Assembly (NCBI GenBank): GCA_946223075.1
Contig: CAMILZ010000001.1
Location: 177,086 to 241,085, forward strand
Source of the DNA: an uncultured Dermabacteraceae bacterium
GTDB taxonomy: Bacteria; Actinomycetota; Actinomycetes; Actinomycetales; Dermabacteraceae
Length of the DNA: 64,000 bases
Direction: 5' to 3'
A model generated the notes under the pieces. The model was not told the origin of the DNA. It made no database searches and was given only the letters and a program-made list of their open reading frames with translations. Positions 35,789 through 45,834 of this stretch are shown in pieces. Numbering within the stretch: position 1 is the stretch's first letter; every line of letters starts with the position of its first letter. A program made the translations under genes and the position numbers.

Positions 35789-36579
35789 TGCGAAAGCGGG
35801 ACCGCCGTCGCGAAGAATCGCCCGCCGCGCTCGTCGAGGGCGAGAGGCAGGCCGAATGTGCGGGTGAGGTTCTGCGAGGTGAGGGTCTCGGTGATCGGGC
35901 CCGAGGCCACGACTCGCCCCTCACGCAAAAGAAGGGCGTGCGTAAACCCCGTGGGGATCTCCTCAAGGTGATGGGTCACCATGACCGTGACGGGAGTTGC
36001 GGGGTCCTTCGCGAGAGTACCGAGCGAACGCACGAGCTCCTCGCGGCCACCAACGTCAAGGCCCGAGGCAGGTTCGTCGAGAAGGAGCAGCTCCGGGTCG
36101 GTCATGAGTGCGCGTGCCGAGAGCACCCGCTTCTTCTCGCCGGTGGAGAGTGAGCCGAAAGGCCTCTCGGCGAGCGCATCAACGCCGAAGGCCCCAAGGA
36201 GCGCCCGGGCGCGCTGCTCATCCATGGCGTCGTAGTGCTCACGCCAGCGACCCACGACCGCATAGCCGGCTGTCACGACGACGTCGAGGCACGTTTCCCT
36301 AGCGGGAATCGTATCCGCGAGCTCCTGGCTCGAAAGACCGATCAGGGGGCGAAGCTCGAATACGTTCACACGCCCGAGCTTCTCTTCGAGGATCTCGACG
36401 CTCCCGCTCGTGGGATGCAGACGCGAAGAAAGGAGACGAATGAGAGTGGACTTCCCCGCGCCATTCGGCCCGAGCACCACCCAGCGCTCGCCTTCCCTCA
36501 CGCTGAAATCGACATGATCGAGAAGAGTCTTCGCGCCGCGGCGCACAACAACATCGCTCAACGAGCACACAGCAACCAT
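35785..36579 (-). CDS. ABC transporter ATP-binding protein (no adjacent permease)
   Basis: Walker A VVLGPNGAGKSTLIRLL, signature LSTGEKKRVLSARAL, Walker B LLLLDEPASGLD, H-loop VMVTHH. Confidence 0.8.
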   Translation of the reverse strand: MVAVCSLSDVVVRRGAKTLLDHVDFSVREGERWVVLGPNGAGKSTLIRLLSSRLHPTSGSVEILEEKLGRVNVFELRPLIGLSSQELADTIPARETCLDVVVTAGYAVVGRWREHYDAMDEQRARALLGAFGVDALAERPFGSLSTGEKKRVLSARALMTDPELLLLDEPASGLDVGGREELVRSLGTLAKDPATPVTVMVTHHLEEIPTGFTHALLLREGRVVASGPITETLTSQNLTRTFGLPLALDERGGRFFATAVPLSQ

Positions 36580-36644
36580 GCCTCCAGCCTACGGCAGGAG
36601 GTGCTCACTACACTAAAACGGACCGTTATTCATAGGAGTGAGCT

Positions 36645-38177
36645 GTGCCCGTACAACGCCTCTCAATGCCACGCGACCGCAAGAAAGCGCCGCTCGACAC
36701 GCTCGCGGCACGAATCGATGAGGCACTTGAGAAGTCAGAAATCGACACCGACTACCCCGAGGCTGCCCTGGCCGAGGCTGAGCAGGCTGCGCGAGCATGG
36801 CGCGAACACGCGGCGGAACACGTGGACCTCACCTCAATCGAGTTCGTGACGCTCGACCCGGAAGGCTCAACCGACCTCGATCAGGCACTTCATATCGAAC
36901 GCGAGGGCGAGGGCTACCGCGTGCGTTACGCGATCGCCGACGTTCCCCTCTTCGTTGAACCCGAAAGCGCTCTCGATAGCGAAACTCGCACACGAGGTCT
37001 CACGCTCTACCTGCCCGATCGACGAATCCCCCTTCACCCGGTTGTGCTTTCCGAGAACGAGGCCTCGCTTCTCCCGGAGAGGGACACCCCCGCTTTCCTA
37101 TGGGACTTCACCCTCGACGAACGCGCGAGCGTCACCCACGTGAATCTCACGCGTGCGCTCGTGCGAAGTCGCGAGAAACTCGCCTATACCGAGGTTCAAC
37201 GCGCACTCGACCAAGGGAAAGCCGGCAAGGTCATGCAGCTCCTCGTGGAGGTCGGAGAAAAGCGCGCGGCACTCGAAATCGAACGCGGTGGTGCTTCACT
37301 CAACTCCCCGGAGCAAGAGGTCGTCACCGATGAGGACACGGTGCACCTTCAGTGGCGCCTTCCCGAGCCCATCGAGGAACACAACGCGCAGATCTCCCTC
37401 ATGACGGGAATGGCGGCGGCGAAGATCATGATCGAAGGCAAGCTCGGGATTCTCCGCACGATGCCGCCCGCGGCCCCCGAAGCGATCGGGCGTTTCCGCG
37501 CCCAAGCCGCGGCGCTCAAAGAGCCGTGGCCAAAGGACCAGCCCTACGGCGAGTTTCTCCGCACGCTCGATTGGCGCAAGGGCCGCCACCTCGCACTCCT
37601 CGACCAGGCGACTTCGCTTTTCCGCGGCGCGGGGTACGAAGCCTTCGACGGCACGCTGCCCGAGGTTCTCGAACAGTCAGCGATCGCGGCTCCCTACGCA
37701 CACACGACCGCCCCGCTGCGCAGGCTCGTTGACCGCTTCGTTCTCCACGTGTGCTACAGCCTCATCAGTGGCACTCCGCTTGACGAGCGCATTCGCGCTG
37801 CCCTCCCCGAACTGCCCGGCCTCATGCAGGGTGCACAGCAGCGCAACTCTACGCTCGAGAAGAAGGCCCGCGAGATTGCCGAGATCGGCGTGCTCTCCAC
37901 CCTCGTGGGAACCGAATTCGAGGGAACAGTGCTTGACTTTCGCCCTGAAACCGACGGCGGTTCAAACCCCTCAAACGCGCGCCCCGACCGCATCGAGGTG
38001 CAATTCAGCAACCCTCCCGTGGCGCGATGGATTGACGGCGCCAACCTGCCGATCGGCACGCGGGTCACGGCACGGCTCGATCACGTCGATTCGGCAAAGA
38101 ACAGGGCGGAGTTCACGGTGGTGAACGCGGAGCGCGCGGGCGGCCCGGGCGGCGGTGAGGGTCCGACGCCTGCATGA
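36645..38177 (+). CDS. RNB-domain exoribonuclease (RNase II/R family)
   Basis: RNB catalytic region ...FVTLDPEGSTDLDQALHIEREGEGYRVRYAIADV... 510 aa. Confidence 0.75.
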   Translation: MPVQRLSMPRDRKKAPLDTLAARIDEALEKSEIDTDYPEAALAEAEQAARAWREHAAEHVDLTSIEFVTLDPEGSTDLDQALHIEREGEGYRVRYAIADVPLFVEPESALDSETRTRGLTLYLPDRRIPLHPVVLSENEASLLPERDTPAFLWDFTLDERASVTHVNLTRALVRSREKLAYTEVQRALDQGKAGKVMQLLVEVGEKRAALEIERGGASLNSPEQEVVTDEDTVHLQWRLPEPIEEHNAQISLMTGMAAAKIMIEGKLGILRTMPPAAPEAIGRFRAQAAALKEPWPKDQPYGEFLRTLDWRKGRHLALLDQATSLFRGAGYEAFDGTLPEVLEQSAIAAPYAHTTAPLRRLVDRFVLHVCYSLISGTPLDERIRAALPELPGLMQGAQQRNSTLEKKAREIAEIGVLSTLVGTEFEGTVLDFRPETDGGSNPSNARPDRIEVQFSNPPVARWIDGANLPIGTRVTARLDHVDSAKNRAEFTVVNAERAGGPGGGEGPTPA

Positions 38178-38962
38178 GGATCATCTCGTCCACAACTCAC
38201 GCGCCCACCTCTCTACGAGACCTCATCCCGGCCCCCTACCTCGGGGCCCTCTCGCTCTTCGCAGGGGCGGCTCTGCGCCGGGACCTTCCCCTCGAGGAAG
38301 TCGCCGATCTCCTCGATGCGCACGAGGGGACCTTCGGGGGTGCGCATTTCGACACGCTCGCATGGCTGCTCGAGACGCGCGCGATCAACACTCCTTCGCT
38401 CACACTCGTGATGCCCGAACCCGGACGGATAGCCGGGCTCGTGGGCGGTCCGCAGGCCGTGATGGCTGCGCTCGCGGCAGGTCAGGCGCTCACGGTGAGC
38501 GACGGCATCAACGCGCTTCACCAACTCACGGTTGCCCCGCCGCGCCACGACGATGCGACAACGCTCGATATCGCAAGAACGGATGTGCCTGGAACTCCAA
38601 CTCACGTCGTCGCATCCGAAGCGGGGCACGCGCGCGAACGCCTCTATCGTGCGCTCACGGGAAGTCACGAGAGACTCCTCGACTACGATCTCATTCCCGA
38701 GGAACCCGTACGCCCCGAGGCTCTGCCCCGCGGATGGGTGCTCGTTGAGCCTCCGCGAGGGATGCCTGCCACGCACGTCCACGCGGCAAGGCTCGCGGGC
38801 CGCCTGGTATCCCTCGCAGAAGCGGGGATCGAACGGGCGACCGTTTCGGGTGACGCGGGCGCGCAGTTCGCCCTTGAGGAATTGCGATTCCTTGCGAGGG
38901 AGGGACGTGCGGTCCTTGCGCAGTCGCTCAGCTACGCGTCACCACGAAGCACGGCGTTGTAG
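38174..38962 (+). CDS. Hypothetical protein, translationally coupled to the RNB ribonuclease gene
   Basis: 262-aa ORF with an ATGA overlap to the upstream RNB gene. No recognisable motifs (MRIISSTTHAPTSLRDLIPAPYLGAL...). Confidence 0.45.
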   Translation: MRIISSTTHAPTSLRDLIPAPYLGALSLFAGAALRRDLPLEEVADLLDAHEGTFGGAHFDTLAWLLETRAINTPSLTLVMPEPGRIAGLVGGPQAVMAALAAGQALTVSDGINALHQLTVAPPRHDDATTLDIARTDVPGTPTHVVASEAGHARERLYRALTGSHERLLDYDLIPEEPVRPEALPRGWVLVEPPRGMPATHVHAARLAGRLVSLAEAGIERATVSGDAGAQFALEELRFLAREGRAVLAQSLSYASPRSTAL

Positions 38963-40125
38963 ACCTCGAGTGTGCGATCGGCGATCGACTCCCACGAGAA
39001 ATGGTCACGAGCGCGCGCTTGCGCTGCCTTGCCCCAGGCTTTGGCGCGTTCGGGGTTTGTGACCATCTCGTTGAGGGCATCGGAGAGGTCGCCCACGAAC
39101 TGGTCTGGATTCACGGGCGCACCGGTGCCGTCGCTGACCTGGTCGATGGGCACGAGGATTCCGGTTTCGCCATCGACAATGACTTCGGGAATCCCCCCGG
39201 TCGCAGTTCCGACGACGGGGATGCCGCACGCCATCGCCTCGAGGTTGACGATGCCGAGGGGCTCGTACACCGAAGGGCACACGAAGGTCGTCGCGTGCGA
39301 AAGCAGTTGGGTGAGTTCGTAGCGTGGAAGCATCTCGGAGATGAGGAAGACTCCCTCGCGTTCGGCCTTGAGGCCTTCGACGAGGTGTTCCACTTCAGCA
39401 GCAATTTCGGGCGTGTCGGGCGCACCTGCGCAAAGGATGACCTGGACTCCGGTCTCGAGAGTGCGCAGGGCGCGAAGGAGGAACGGCAAACCTTTTTGGC
39501 GAGTGATGCGCCCGACGAAAATCACGGTGGGAGCCGCAGGGTCGATCCCGTAGCGCTCGTGGACGTCGGTCGCGGGATTGGGCCTCCATTCGGCGACGTC
39601 GATGCCGTTGTGGACGACGTGGACGCGTGAGGGATCAACGCGAGGGTACGAGCGGAGGATGTCCTCACGCATGCCACCGGAGACGGCGATGATGCCGTCT
39701 GCGTTTTCGTAGGCCGTCCGTTCCGCGAAGGAGCTGAGCTTGTAGCCCCCACCGAGCTGTTCGGCCTTCCAGGGGCGAAGTGGCTCGAGGGAGTGCGCGG
39801 AAAGCACGTGCGGGACCGAGTGCAATTGCTGTGCGGCGAACCCGGCGAAATTGACGTACCAGGTGTGGGAGTGGACGAGGTCAGCCCCCGCGCAGTCCTC
39901 GGCCATCGCGAGGTCGACGCCGAAGGTCTGAAGAGCCGAATTCGCTTCGGCGAGCGTCGTGGGAACGGGGTACGCCTGAACGCCTCGCTCGTCTCTTTTG
40001 TCGCCGAAGCAGCGCACGCGTACGTCGACACGACTGCGCAGCACCTTGCTGAGTTCGTCGACGTGAACGCCGGCGCCTCCGTAAATCGCTGGCGGGTACT
40101 CCTTCGTCAAGATGTCAACGCGCAT
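38932..40125 (-). CDS. glgA: ADP-glucose-dependent alpha-1,4-glucosyltransferase (actinobacterial GlgA/GlgM type, GT4)
   Basis: MRVDILTKEYPPAIYGGAGVHVDELSKVLR... with a GT4 C-terminal domain. Divergent from glgC, as Rv1212c/Rv1213 are. The track extends to 40182; the likely start is MRVDIL at 40125. Confidence 0.85.
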   Translation of the reverse strand: MRVDILTKEYPPAIYGGAGVHVDELSKVLRSRVDVRVRCFGDKRDERGVQAYPVPTTLAEANSALQTFGVDLAMAEDCAGADLVHSHTWYVNFAGFAAQQLHSVPHVLSAHSLEPLRPWKAEQLGGGYKLSSFAERTAYENADGIIAVSGGMREDILRSYPRVDPSRVHVVHNGIDVAEWRPNPATDVHERYGIDPAAPTVIFVGRITRQKGLPFLLRALRTLETGVQVILCAGAPDTPEIAAEVEHLVEGLKAEREGVFLISEMLPRYELTQLLSHATTFVCPSVYEPLGIVNLEAMACGIPVVGTATGGIPEVIVDGETGILVPIDQVSDGTGAPVNPDQFVGDLSDALNEMVTNPERAKAWGKAAQARARDHFSWESIADRTLEVYNAVLRGDA

Positions 40126-40336
40126 TCCGGGCTGCCTATCTGTGGGAAATCGTCTCGGGCGATGCGGGCGCGGCAATGTCACACTCGCGTCGAGGGCGCG
40201 CCCACTGTCATGATAGTGACACGGGTTTTCGCCCGCATGGCGTGCATCTTCCGGCGAAACGAAAGCTGAGCGGCCTAGCGGTGAGCACAGAGTGAACGAT
40301 GACGTGATGCAGCTAACTGTGCATTAGGATGGAGTC

Positions 40337-41587
40337 ATGGTCGCAACGAAGGTCCTCGCAATTGTTCTCGCCGGCGGTGAAGGCAAGCGCCTCATGCCGC
40401 TCACACTCGATCGCGCAAAGCCCGCCGTTCCTTTTGGCGGCTCCTACAGACTCATCGATTTCGCCCTCTCGAACATCGTGAACTCCGGCTATCTCCAGGT
40501 CGTCGTTCTCACGCAGTACAAGTCGCACTCGCTCGATACGCACATCGCGAAAACGTGGCGCATGAGTTCGCTTCTCGGAAATTACGTGGCGCCCGTACCC
40601 GCGCAGCAGCGCATGGGCAAACACTGGTACCTCGGTAGCGCCGATGCGATCTATCAGAACCTCAACATCATTGGTGATTCAAAGCCCGATTACATCGTCG
40701 TGGTCGGCGCGGATCACGTGTACCGCATGGACTTTTCGCAGATGGTCGAGGCCCACATCGAGTCGGGGCGTTCGTGCACGGTTGCGGCGATCCGCCAGCC
40801 CATCGAACAGTCCGATCAGTTCGGCGTCATCGAGGTTGATCCCGAGGATCCCACGCGGATCGCACAGTTTGTGGAGAAGCCCAAGGAGACTCAGGGCCTT
40901 CCCGATGATCCGAATTCGGTGCTCGCCTCAATGGGAAACTACGTCTTTACCGCGGATGCTCTCGTTGAAGCTGTCACGAAGGACGCCCAAAATGGCGAGT
41001 CAAAACACGACATGGGTGGCGACATCGTCCCCCACTTCGTGGATCTCGACGACGCGGGGGTCTACGACTTCATTCACAACGACGTGCCCGGCTCAACCGA
41101 ACGCGATCGAGACTATTGGCGCGATGTCGGTACCCTCGACGCGTTCTATGAAGCGCACATGGACCTGATCTCGATCCACCCGATCTTCAACCTGTACAAC
41201 ACCGCGTGGCCGGTGTTCACCGAATCACGTTCCGCGCTCGCGCCGGCAAAGTTCGTCCACGCGGGCCCCGGCCGCGTGGGTACCGCGGTCGATTCGATTG
41301 TTTCGGCGGGCGTCGTGGTTTCGGGTGCGCAGATTTCGAACTCGGTGATCGGTCCCGGCGCTCAGTTGCACTCGTGGTCCTCGATCTCCGATTCGGTCAT
41401 TATGGACAACGTGACGGTGGGCCGGCATTCTCAAATTCACCGCGCGATCATCGATAAGGACATCGACATCCCGCCGCGCACGCAGATCGGTCTCAATCGC
41501 GAGGAGGATCTCGTACGAGGCTGGACCGTGACCGATTCGGGCATCACCGTGATCGGCAAGGGCACAATTATTGAGCCCCAGCACTAA
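40337..41587 (+). CDS. glgC: Glucose-1-phosphate adenylyltransferase
   Basis: [46 protein letters not shown] is the NTP-transferase motif. A left-handed beta-helix C-terminus follows. Confidence 0.92.
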   Translation: MVATKVLAIVLAGGEGKRLMPLTLDRAKPAVPFGGSYRLIDFALSNIVNSGYLQVVVLTQYKSHSLDTHIAKTWRMSSLLGNYVAPVPAQQRMGKHWYLGSADAIYQNLNIIGDSKPDYIVVVGADHVYRMDFSQMVEAHIESGRSCTVAAIRQPIEQSDQFGVIEVDPEDPTRIAQFVEKPKETQGLPDDPNSVLASMGNYVFTADALVEAVTKDAQNGESKHDMGGDIVPHFVDLDDAGVYDFIHNDVPGSTERDRDYWRDVGTLDAFYEAHMDLISIHPIFNLYNTAWPVFTESRSALAPAKFVHAGPGRVGTAVDSIVSAGVVVSGAQISNSVIGPGAQLHSWSSISDSVIMDNVTVGRHSQIHRAIIDKDIDIPPRTQIGLNREEDLVRGWTVTDSGITVIGKGTIIEPQH

Positions 41588-41612
41588 TGCGTCACGACCT
41601 GTTCGCTTAATA

Positions 41613-41652
41613 GAGAAGAGGCACCCGGCAGGGCGCCTCTTCTCTTTCTTCG
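41613..41652 (+). terminator. Intrinsic terminator downstream of glgC
   Basis: 11-bp perfect stem AGAGAAGAGGC / GCCTCTTCTCT with a 12-nt loop, followed by TTCTTCG. Sits between convergent glgC and sixA. Confidence 0.55.
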
Positions 41653-41664
41653 TGCCCAGGCGCG

Positions 41665-42189
41665 TTAGCCGCGCACGAGAGTCAGCAGATTAAGTTCTTC
41701 CTCGGCGATGTCATTCCAGGTGGCCGCGCTCGAGGTGAGCACACTCATCGAGCCGGTAGGTACACCGATGCGCACCTGCGCAAGGGAGGCCGGATCCGAG
41801 AGGTCGTCATTGCCCAGGTACGCCGCGAGCTGGCTCATGGTGGGCTCGTGCCCCACGACGAGAAGAACCTTGCACGACTCATCGACCTCGCGGATGAGGC
41901 GGAGGACGTCTTGTACTCCCCCGTGATAGAGATCCTCGAGGAGGCTGACCTCACACTCGGGGTCGCCGAGTGAATCGCGAACGTCCTTCCACGTTTCTTG
42001 CGTGCGTGACGCGGCGGAAACGAGCACGCGGCTCGGCCGCACACCCTGGGCACGGAGGTAATCGCCGATGAGCCTGGCCTGCGAATGCCCCTTGTCGGTC
42101 AGCACGCGCTCCATATCGCTTGCGGCATCCGATTCTGCTTTTCCGTGCCGCATCAAGAGAAGGATGCGACTAGGAGGTTCATCACTCAC
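41665..42189 (-). CDS. sixA: Histidine-phosphatase superfamily protein (SixA-like phosphohistidine phosphatase)
   Basis: Catalytic LLLMRHGKAE (RHG motif), 174 aa. Confidence 0.75.
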   Translation of the reverse strand: MSDEPPSRILLLMRHGKAESDAASDMERVLTDKGHSQARLIGDYLRAQGVRPSRVLVSAASRTQETWKDVRDSLGDPECEVSLLEDLYHGGVQDVLRLIREVDESCKVLLVVGHEPTMSQLAAYLGNDDLSDPASLAQVRIGVPTGSMSVLTSSAATWNDIAEEELNLLTLVRG

Positions 42190-42257
42190 GCAATTTCACC
42201 CATTCTGCGCCCTGGAGACGCGCTCGACAATTGCTCTCGTACTCGTGGTGAGTTGTC

Positions 42258-43040
42258 TCAGTGTCCCATGCCGAGGCCGCCGTCAACGGGAATGACAGCC
42301 CCGGAGATGTAGGCGGCATCGTCGCTCGCGAGGAACGCCGCGACCTTGGCAACCTCGGCGGGGGCGGCGAAACGTCCCGCGGGAATTTGCGAAAGGTACT
42401 GCTTCTTACGCGCCTCGTCGAGCTGGCTCGTCATCTCCGTTTCGATGTAGCCGGGCGCGATGACGTTCGTCGTGATGCCGCGCGAGCCAAGCTCACGCGT
42501 GAGCGAGCGTGCCATGCCAATGAGGCCCGCCTTCGACGAGGCGTAGTTGACCTGCCCCGGGGAACCAAGAAGGCTCACGACCGACGAGAGAAGAATGATG
42601 CGGCCCTTCTTCTTGCGCATCATGGCCTTGATCGCGCGCTTCACCGTGCGGAAGGTGCCATTGAGGTTCGTGTTGACGACACTCTCAAAAGATTCATCAC
42701 TCATGCGGAGCATGAGCTGGTCGTCAGTGATGCCGGCGTTCGCGATGAGGACCTCAACACTTCCGTGTTCTTTCTCCACCTCGGCGAAGGCTTCGTCGAG
42801 TGAGGCGGGATCGGTGACGTCCGCCTTGACGGTCAGTGCGCCCTCGGGGCCGCCTTGCCCAGACCTGGACGTGACGGCAACCTTGTCGCCAAGAGAAAGG
42901 AAATGTTCGGCGAGCGCGTAGCCGATGCCACGATTGCCGCCGGTAATCAACACGCTTCGAGAGGTCACGTTAGCCCTTTCACGCTGTGGAAGAATGATGC
43001 TCGCGCCAAGCCTATCGCTAAAGATTGCGCGGCACGGCAT
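42258..43040 (-). CDS. Short-chain dehydrogenase/reductase, 3-oxoacyl-ACP reductase-like
   Basis: SVLITGGNRGIGYALAEHF (TGxxxGxG), NAGI, and a YxxxK-type catalytic region (NYASSKAG). The true start is probably downstream of the first ATG. Confidence 0.8.
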   Translation of the reverse strand: MPCRAIFSDRLGASIILPQRERANVTSRSVLITGGNRGIGYALAEHFLSLGDKVAVTSRSGQGGPEGALTVKADVTDPASLDEAFAEVEKEHGSVEVLIANAGITDDQLMLRMSDESFESVVNTNLNGTFRTVKRAIKAMMRKKKGRIILLSSVVSLLGSPGQVNYASSKAGLIGMARSLTRELGSRGITTNVIAPGYIETEMTSQLDEARKKQYLSQIPAGRFAAPAEVAKVAAFLASDDAAYISGAVIPVDGGLGMGH

Positions 43041-43098
43041 AGCCTACGATGGAACGGCACGCCCATGGACATGATTCTCGCTCGGGAGGAGAGCACCG

Positions 43099-43620
43099 AT
43101 GGCCTCGCGCTTCAATCCGCCTCCGTCATGGCCCGAACCTCCCGAAGGAACGGCTGATCTCCCCGAGTCATGGCAACCTCACCCGGGTTGGCCGGGTGCT
43201 CCCGCGGGGTGGCGCCTCGATTTTGACCCGGCAACCGTCGGACCCTCCCCCGCTGTTCCCGCGCCGGTGACCCGAAGCGAAGACCTCCGCGCAAGCGGTG
43301 TCATTGCCGAACGTCCAGGCCAATATCCCGCTCGAGTTGAGCTGCCCGGGCACGTCGAGGTCAGTGAAACCGAGGCGTCCCTCATCAATGGCTTCCCGCC
43401 CGAAAAGCCAGGGGCTTTCAGCTCGCGTGATCCGCATGCGCGCCGCAGGCGGCTCGTCGTGAACCTGTGCCTGTGCCTCGTAGGCCTCCTCCTGGCGGCC
43501 ACGGCAGTGTATGGATTTGCCGAGCTTTATTCCTTCGCGATGAACTCGTTGCCGAAGGGCGAAAGCGCAGCAGTCCCGCTTCTTCATCGTTCTTCGACGA
43601 CGGGGCTTCATGCCCTCTGA
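43099..43620 (+). CDS. Hypothetical Pro/Trp-rich membrane protein
   Basis: N-terminus PPPSWPEPPEGTADLPESWQPHPGWPGAPAGW, then a single TM (LVVNLCLCLVGLLLAATAVYGF). Confidence 0.45.
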   Translation: MASRFNPPPSWPEPPEGTADLPESWQPHPGWPGAPAGWRLDFDPATVGPSPAVPAPVTRSEDLRASGVIAERPGQYPARVELPGHVEVSETEASLINGFPPEKPGAFSSRDPHARRRRLVVNLCLCLVGLLLAATAVYGFAELYSFAMNSLPKGESAAVPLLHRSSTTGLHAL

Positions 43621-44005
43621 GCATCTCGAGAGTACTTCGCCCCCCGCGAGCGAACGCACGTCGTTCTCGACCACTCCCGCGGCAGTTCCGGTTGCCCGGT
43701 CGGTCGACGTTTCGCGTCGCTCGCGCACGTATATTGTGGCGATGGCGATCCGTATGCTGTGCCTCGCTCTACTCATCGTCGTGCCCGGCGCGTGGAAGCT
43801 CGCAGCACTTCTCGGTGCTCTCATCCTTCCTCTTTTCGCGGTGCTGGTCGCGAACGATCAGGCCGTTCCCACGAGCGCGCCGAATACCGGGATTCAGGAG
43901 GGCCAGCAGTCCCCTCTCGTCCTCACGGCGGAGCCTTCCCAGCCGTTCATCACGATTGATGATGATGGAACGGTGCGAGAAACGTGGGGCGGTGAGCATC
44001 TGTGA
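43610..44005 (+). CDS. Small membrane protein (DUF3099-like)
   Basis: Two TM helices (YIVAMAIRMLCLALLIVVPGAWKLAALLGALILPLFAVLVAN). Conserved position immediately upstream of SURF1, with overlapping stop/start. Confidence 0.5.
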   Translation: MPSEHLESTSPPASERTSFSTTPAAVPVARSVDVSRRSRTYIVAMAIRMLCLALLIVVPGAWKLAALLGALILPLFAVLVANDQAVPTSAPNTGIQEGQQSPLVLTAEPSQPFITIDDDGTVRETWGGEHL

Positions 44006-44934
44006 AACGCTCGCAGCTACGGGCACTCTTCACGTGGCGGTGGGCCCTCGCGCTCCTCTTTGTCGTGCTCGCGACCCTCACGTGCGTGCGCCTCGGGATC
44101 TGGCAGTTACACCGCTTCGAAGAGAAGAACGCGCGGGCAGAGGTGATCGAGCAGCATTACGATGCGGAACCGATTCCCTTGGACGAGAGTCCGGACTCGA
44201 GGCGCACGAGACTGGCCGCGAGCGACGACTATACGGTCGTGAAAGCGCGAGGCCACTACTGCGCAGACCCCGGTTGCGTGCTCTATGTTCGCAACCGCGT
44301 GCAGGGCTCGAGCGTGGGGTTTTGGCAGCTCGTGCCGTTCGAGACCACCGAGGGTGAAACCCTCCTCGTCGTTCGTGGCTGGGTCGAGACCGGTCAAACG
44401 GATTCGGTGCCCGCCACACGTCCCGATGTTCCCGAGGGGGAGCTCGAGGTTGTCGCTCGGTTGAGGCCAACCGAGCCGCAGCTTTCCGATCGCCCAGAAG
44501 TGAAGGGTCAGCTCCATTCCGTGAATGCCGCGGATGTCGTTGCGCAGGCCCCTTCACTCACCGAGGTGCTCGAGGGCGCCTACGGCGAAGTCGTGAGCGA
44601 AAACGGGCGCGCACCGGAGGGCCTCGCTGCGCTCAGTAGGCCGGCGACCTCTGTGGGCCCTCACTTGTCGTACGCGTTCCAATGGTGGATTTTCTCGGCA
44701 TTTTTCGTGCTCGGACTCGTGGTTTCGGCACGGCGTACGCTCCGCGATCACGCGGAAGAAGAGTTTCCGGAGTCCGACGCCACCCACGCCCCCACGGCAC
44801 CTTCGTCGCAGGAACCGCCGCGCGCGCACGGCCAAGCGCATCGATACGGCTCCTCGCGCGCACGCCGCACGCGGTCGCGAGGGAGCGATGAAGATGAGGA
44901 AGATTTGCTTCTCGAGGAAAGGCGTGAGCGATGA
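44002..44934 (+). CDS. SURF1-family cytochrome oxidase assembly protein
   Basis: N-terminal TM, then LGIWQLHRFEEKNARAEVIEQHY. C-terminal HLSYAFQWWIFSAFFVLGLVV is the SURF1 signature. Acidic/basic C-terminal tail. Confidence 0.8.
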   Translation: MKRSQLRALFTWRWALALLFVVLATLTCVRLGIWQLHRFEEKNARAEVIEQHYDAEPIPLDESPDSRRTRLAASDDYTVVKARGHYCADPGCVLYVRNRVQGSSVGFWQLVPFETTEGETLLVVRGWVETGQTDSVPATRPDVPEGELEVVARLRPTEPQLSDRPEVKGQLHSVNAADVVAQAPSLTEVLEGAYGEVVSENGRAPEGLAALSRPATSVGPHLSYAFQWWIFSAFFVLGLVVSARRTLRDHAEEEFPESDATHAPTAPSSQEPPRAHGQAHRYGSSRARRTRSRGSDEDEEDLLLEERRER

Positions 44935-45740
44935 AGGTGATGAGTCGACGCTATTTTGAGGGGCCCCTTCCCCGCGCGATTGCGCACCGTGGCTTCGCCC
45001 CGAAAGACGGCGAGAACACTCTTAAGGCTTTCGACGCGGCGCTTGCGGAGGGCGCCGACGTGCTCGAAACCGATGTTCGTGCGAGCAGCGACGGTGTGGC
45101 GCTCACCTTCCACGACGCGACGCTTGCCCGCGTAACCGATGGCGACGATCGCGCGGTGGCCGGAACCTCCTGGGCCGAGCTCAGCGCCGTGCGCGTTCAG
45201 GGCGCCGGGACCGTGACACGGCTTGAGGAGGCCCTTTCGTCGTTTCCGACCACGCCCTTCAATATCGACGTGAAATCGGCTCGCGCGATCGACCCAACCG
45301 TGCAGGCGATCGTGCGCACTGGAGCCGGGCGCAGGGTTTGTCTCACGAGTTTCGATCCCGCGGTCGCGAGAGAGGTCGTCGCACGGGCGACGAGGGCGTG
45401 CGGTCACCCCGTGATGGCGAGCGCGTCGCGGACCACCGTTGCCGCGTTCCTTGCTTCCTCACATCTCGGTGCCGAGCGGCTGAGCGCGAGAATGCTCGCG
45501 CCGTTCGCGGCACTTCAGGTGCCGGTGCGTTTCAGGGGCCTCAAGGTCATAAGCCCACGTTTCGTTGCAGCCGCGCACCGTGCGGGCTGCGAGGTTCACG
45601 CGTGGACGATCGATGAGGAAGCGGCCATGCACACCCTGCTCAACATGGGGGTGGATGGTATCGTAAGTAACCGTGTTGATCGGCTCGTGAAGGTTCGCGA
45701 GGCCCGTGCCACACGCCGCACGGGACCGGGAGGGGAATAA
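44931..45740 (+). CDS. Glycerophosphodiester phosphodiesterase
   Basis: GDPD motifs AIAHRGFAPKDGENTLKAFDAALAEGADVLETDVRASSDGVALTFHD. Confidence 0.8.
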   Translation: MKVMSRRYFEGPLPRAIAHRGFAPKDGENTLKAFDAALAEGADVLETDVRASSDGVALTFHDATLARVTDGDDRAVAGTSWAELSAVRVQGAGTVTRLEEALSSFPTTPFNIDVKSARAIDPTVQAIVRTGAGRRVCLTSFDPAVAREVVARATRACGHPVMASASRTTVAAFLASSHLGAERLSARMLAPFAALQVPVRFRGLKVISPRFVAAAHRAGCEVHAWTIDEEAAMHTLLNMGVDGIVSNRVDRLVKVREARATRRTGPGGE

Positions 45741-45834
45741 TGCCACCGGCCGAAGCGTTGATAGCTCGTAAAGTGCCCGGCGAAGAGTCGCCGGAGGCGT
45801 CCGTATTGGACACTGTAGGGAAGAAGGTCGCTCG

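Noticed and set aside
43099-43620. The Pro/Trp-rich hypothetical protein as a secreted, signal-peptide-bearing effector
   Set aside because: The only hydrophobic segment is ~110 residues in, not N-terminal. It is more consistent with a single-pass membrane anchor than with a cleavable signal peptide.
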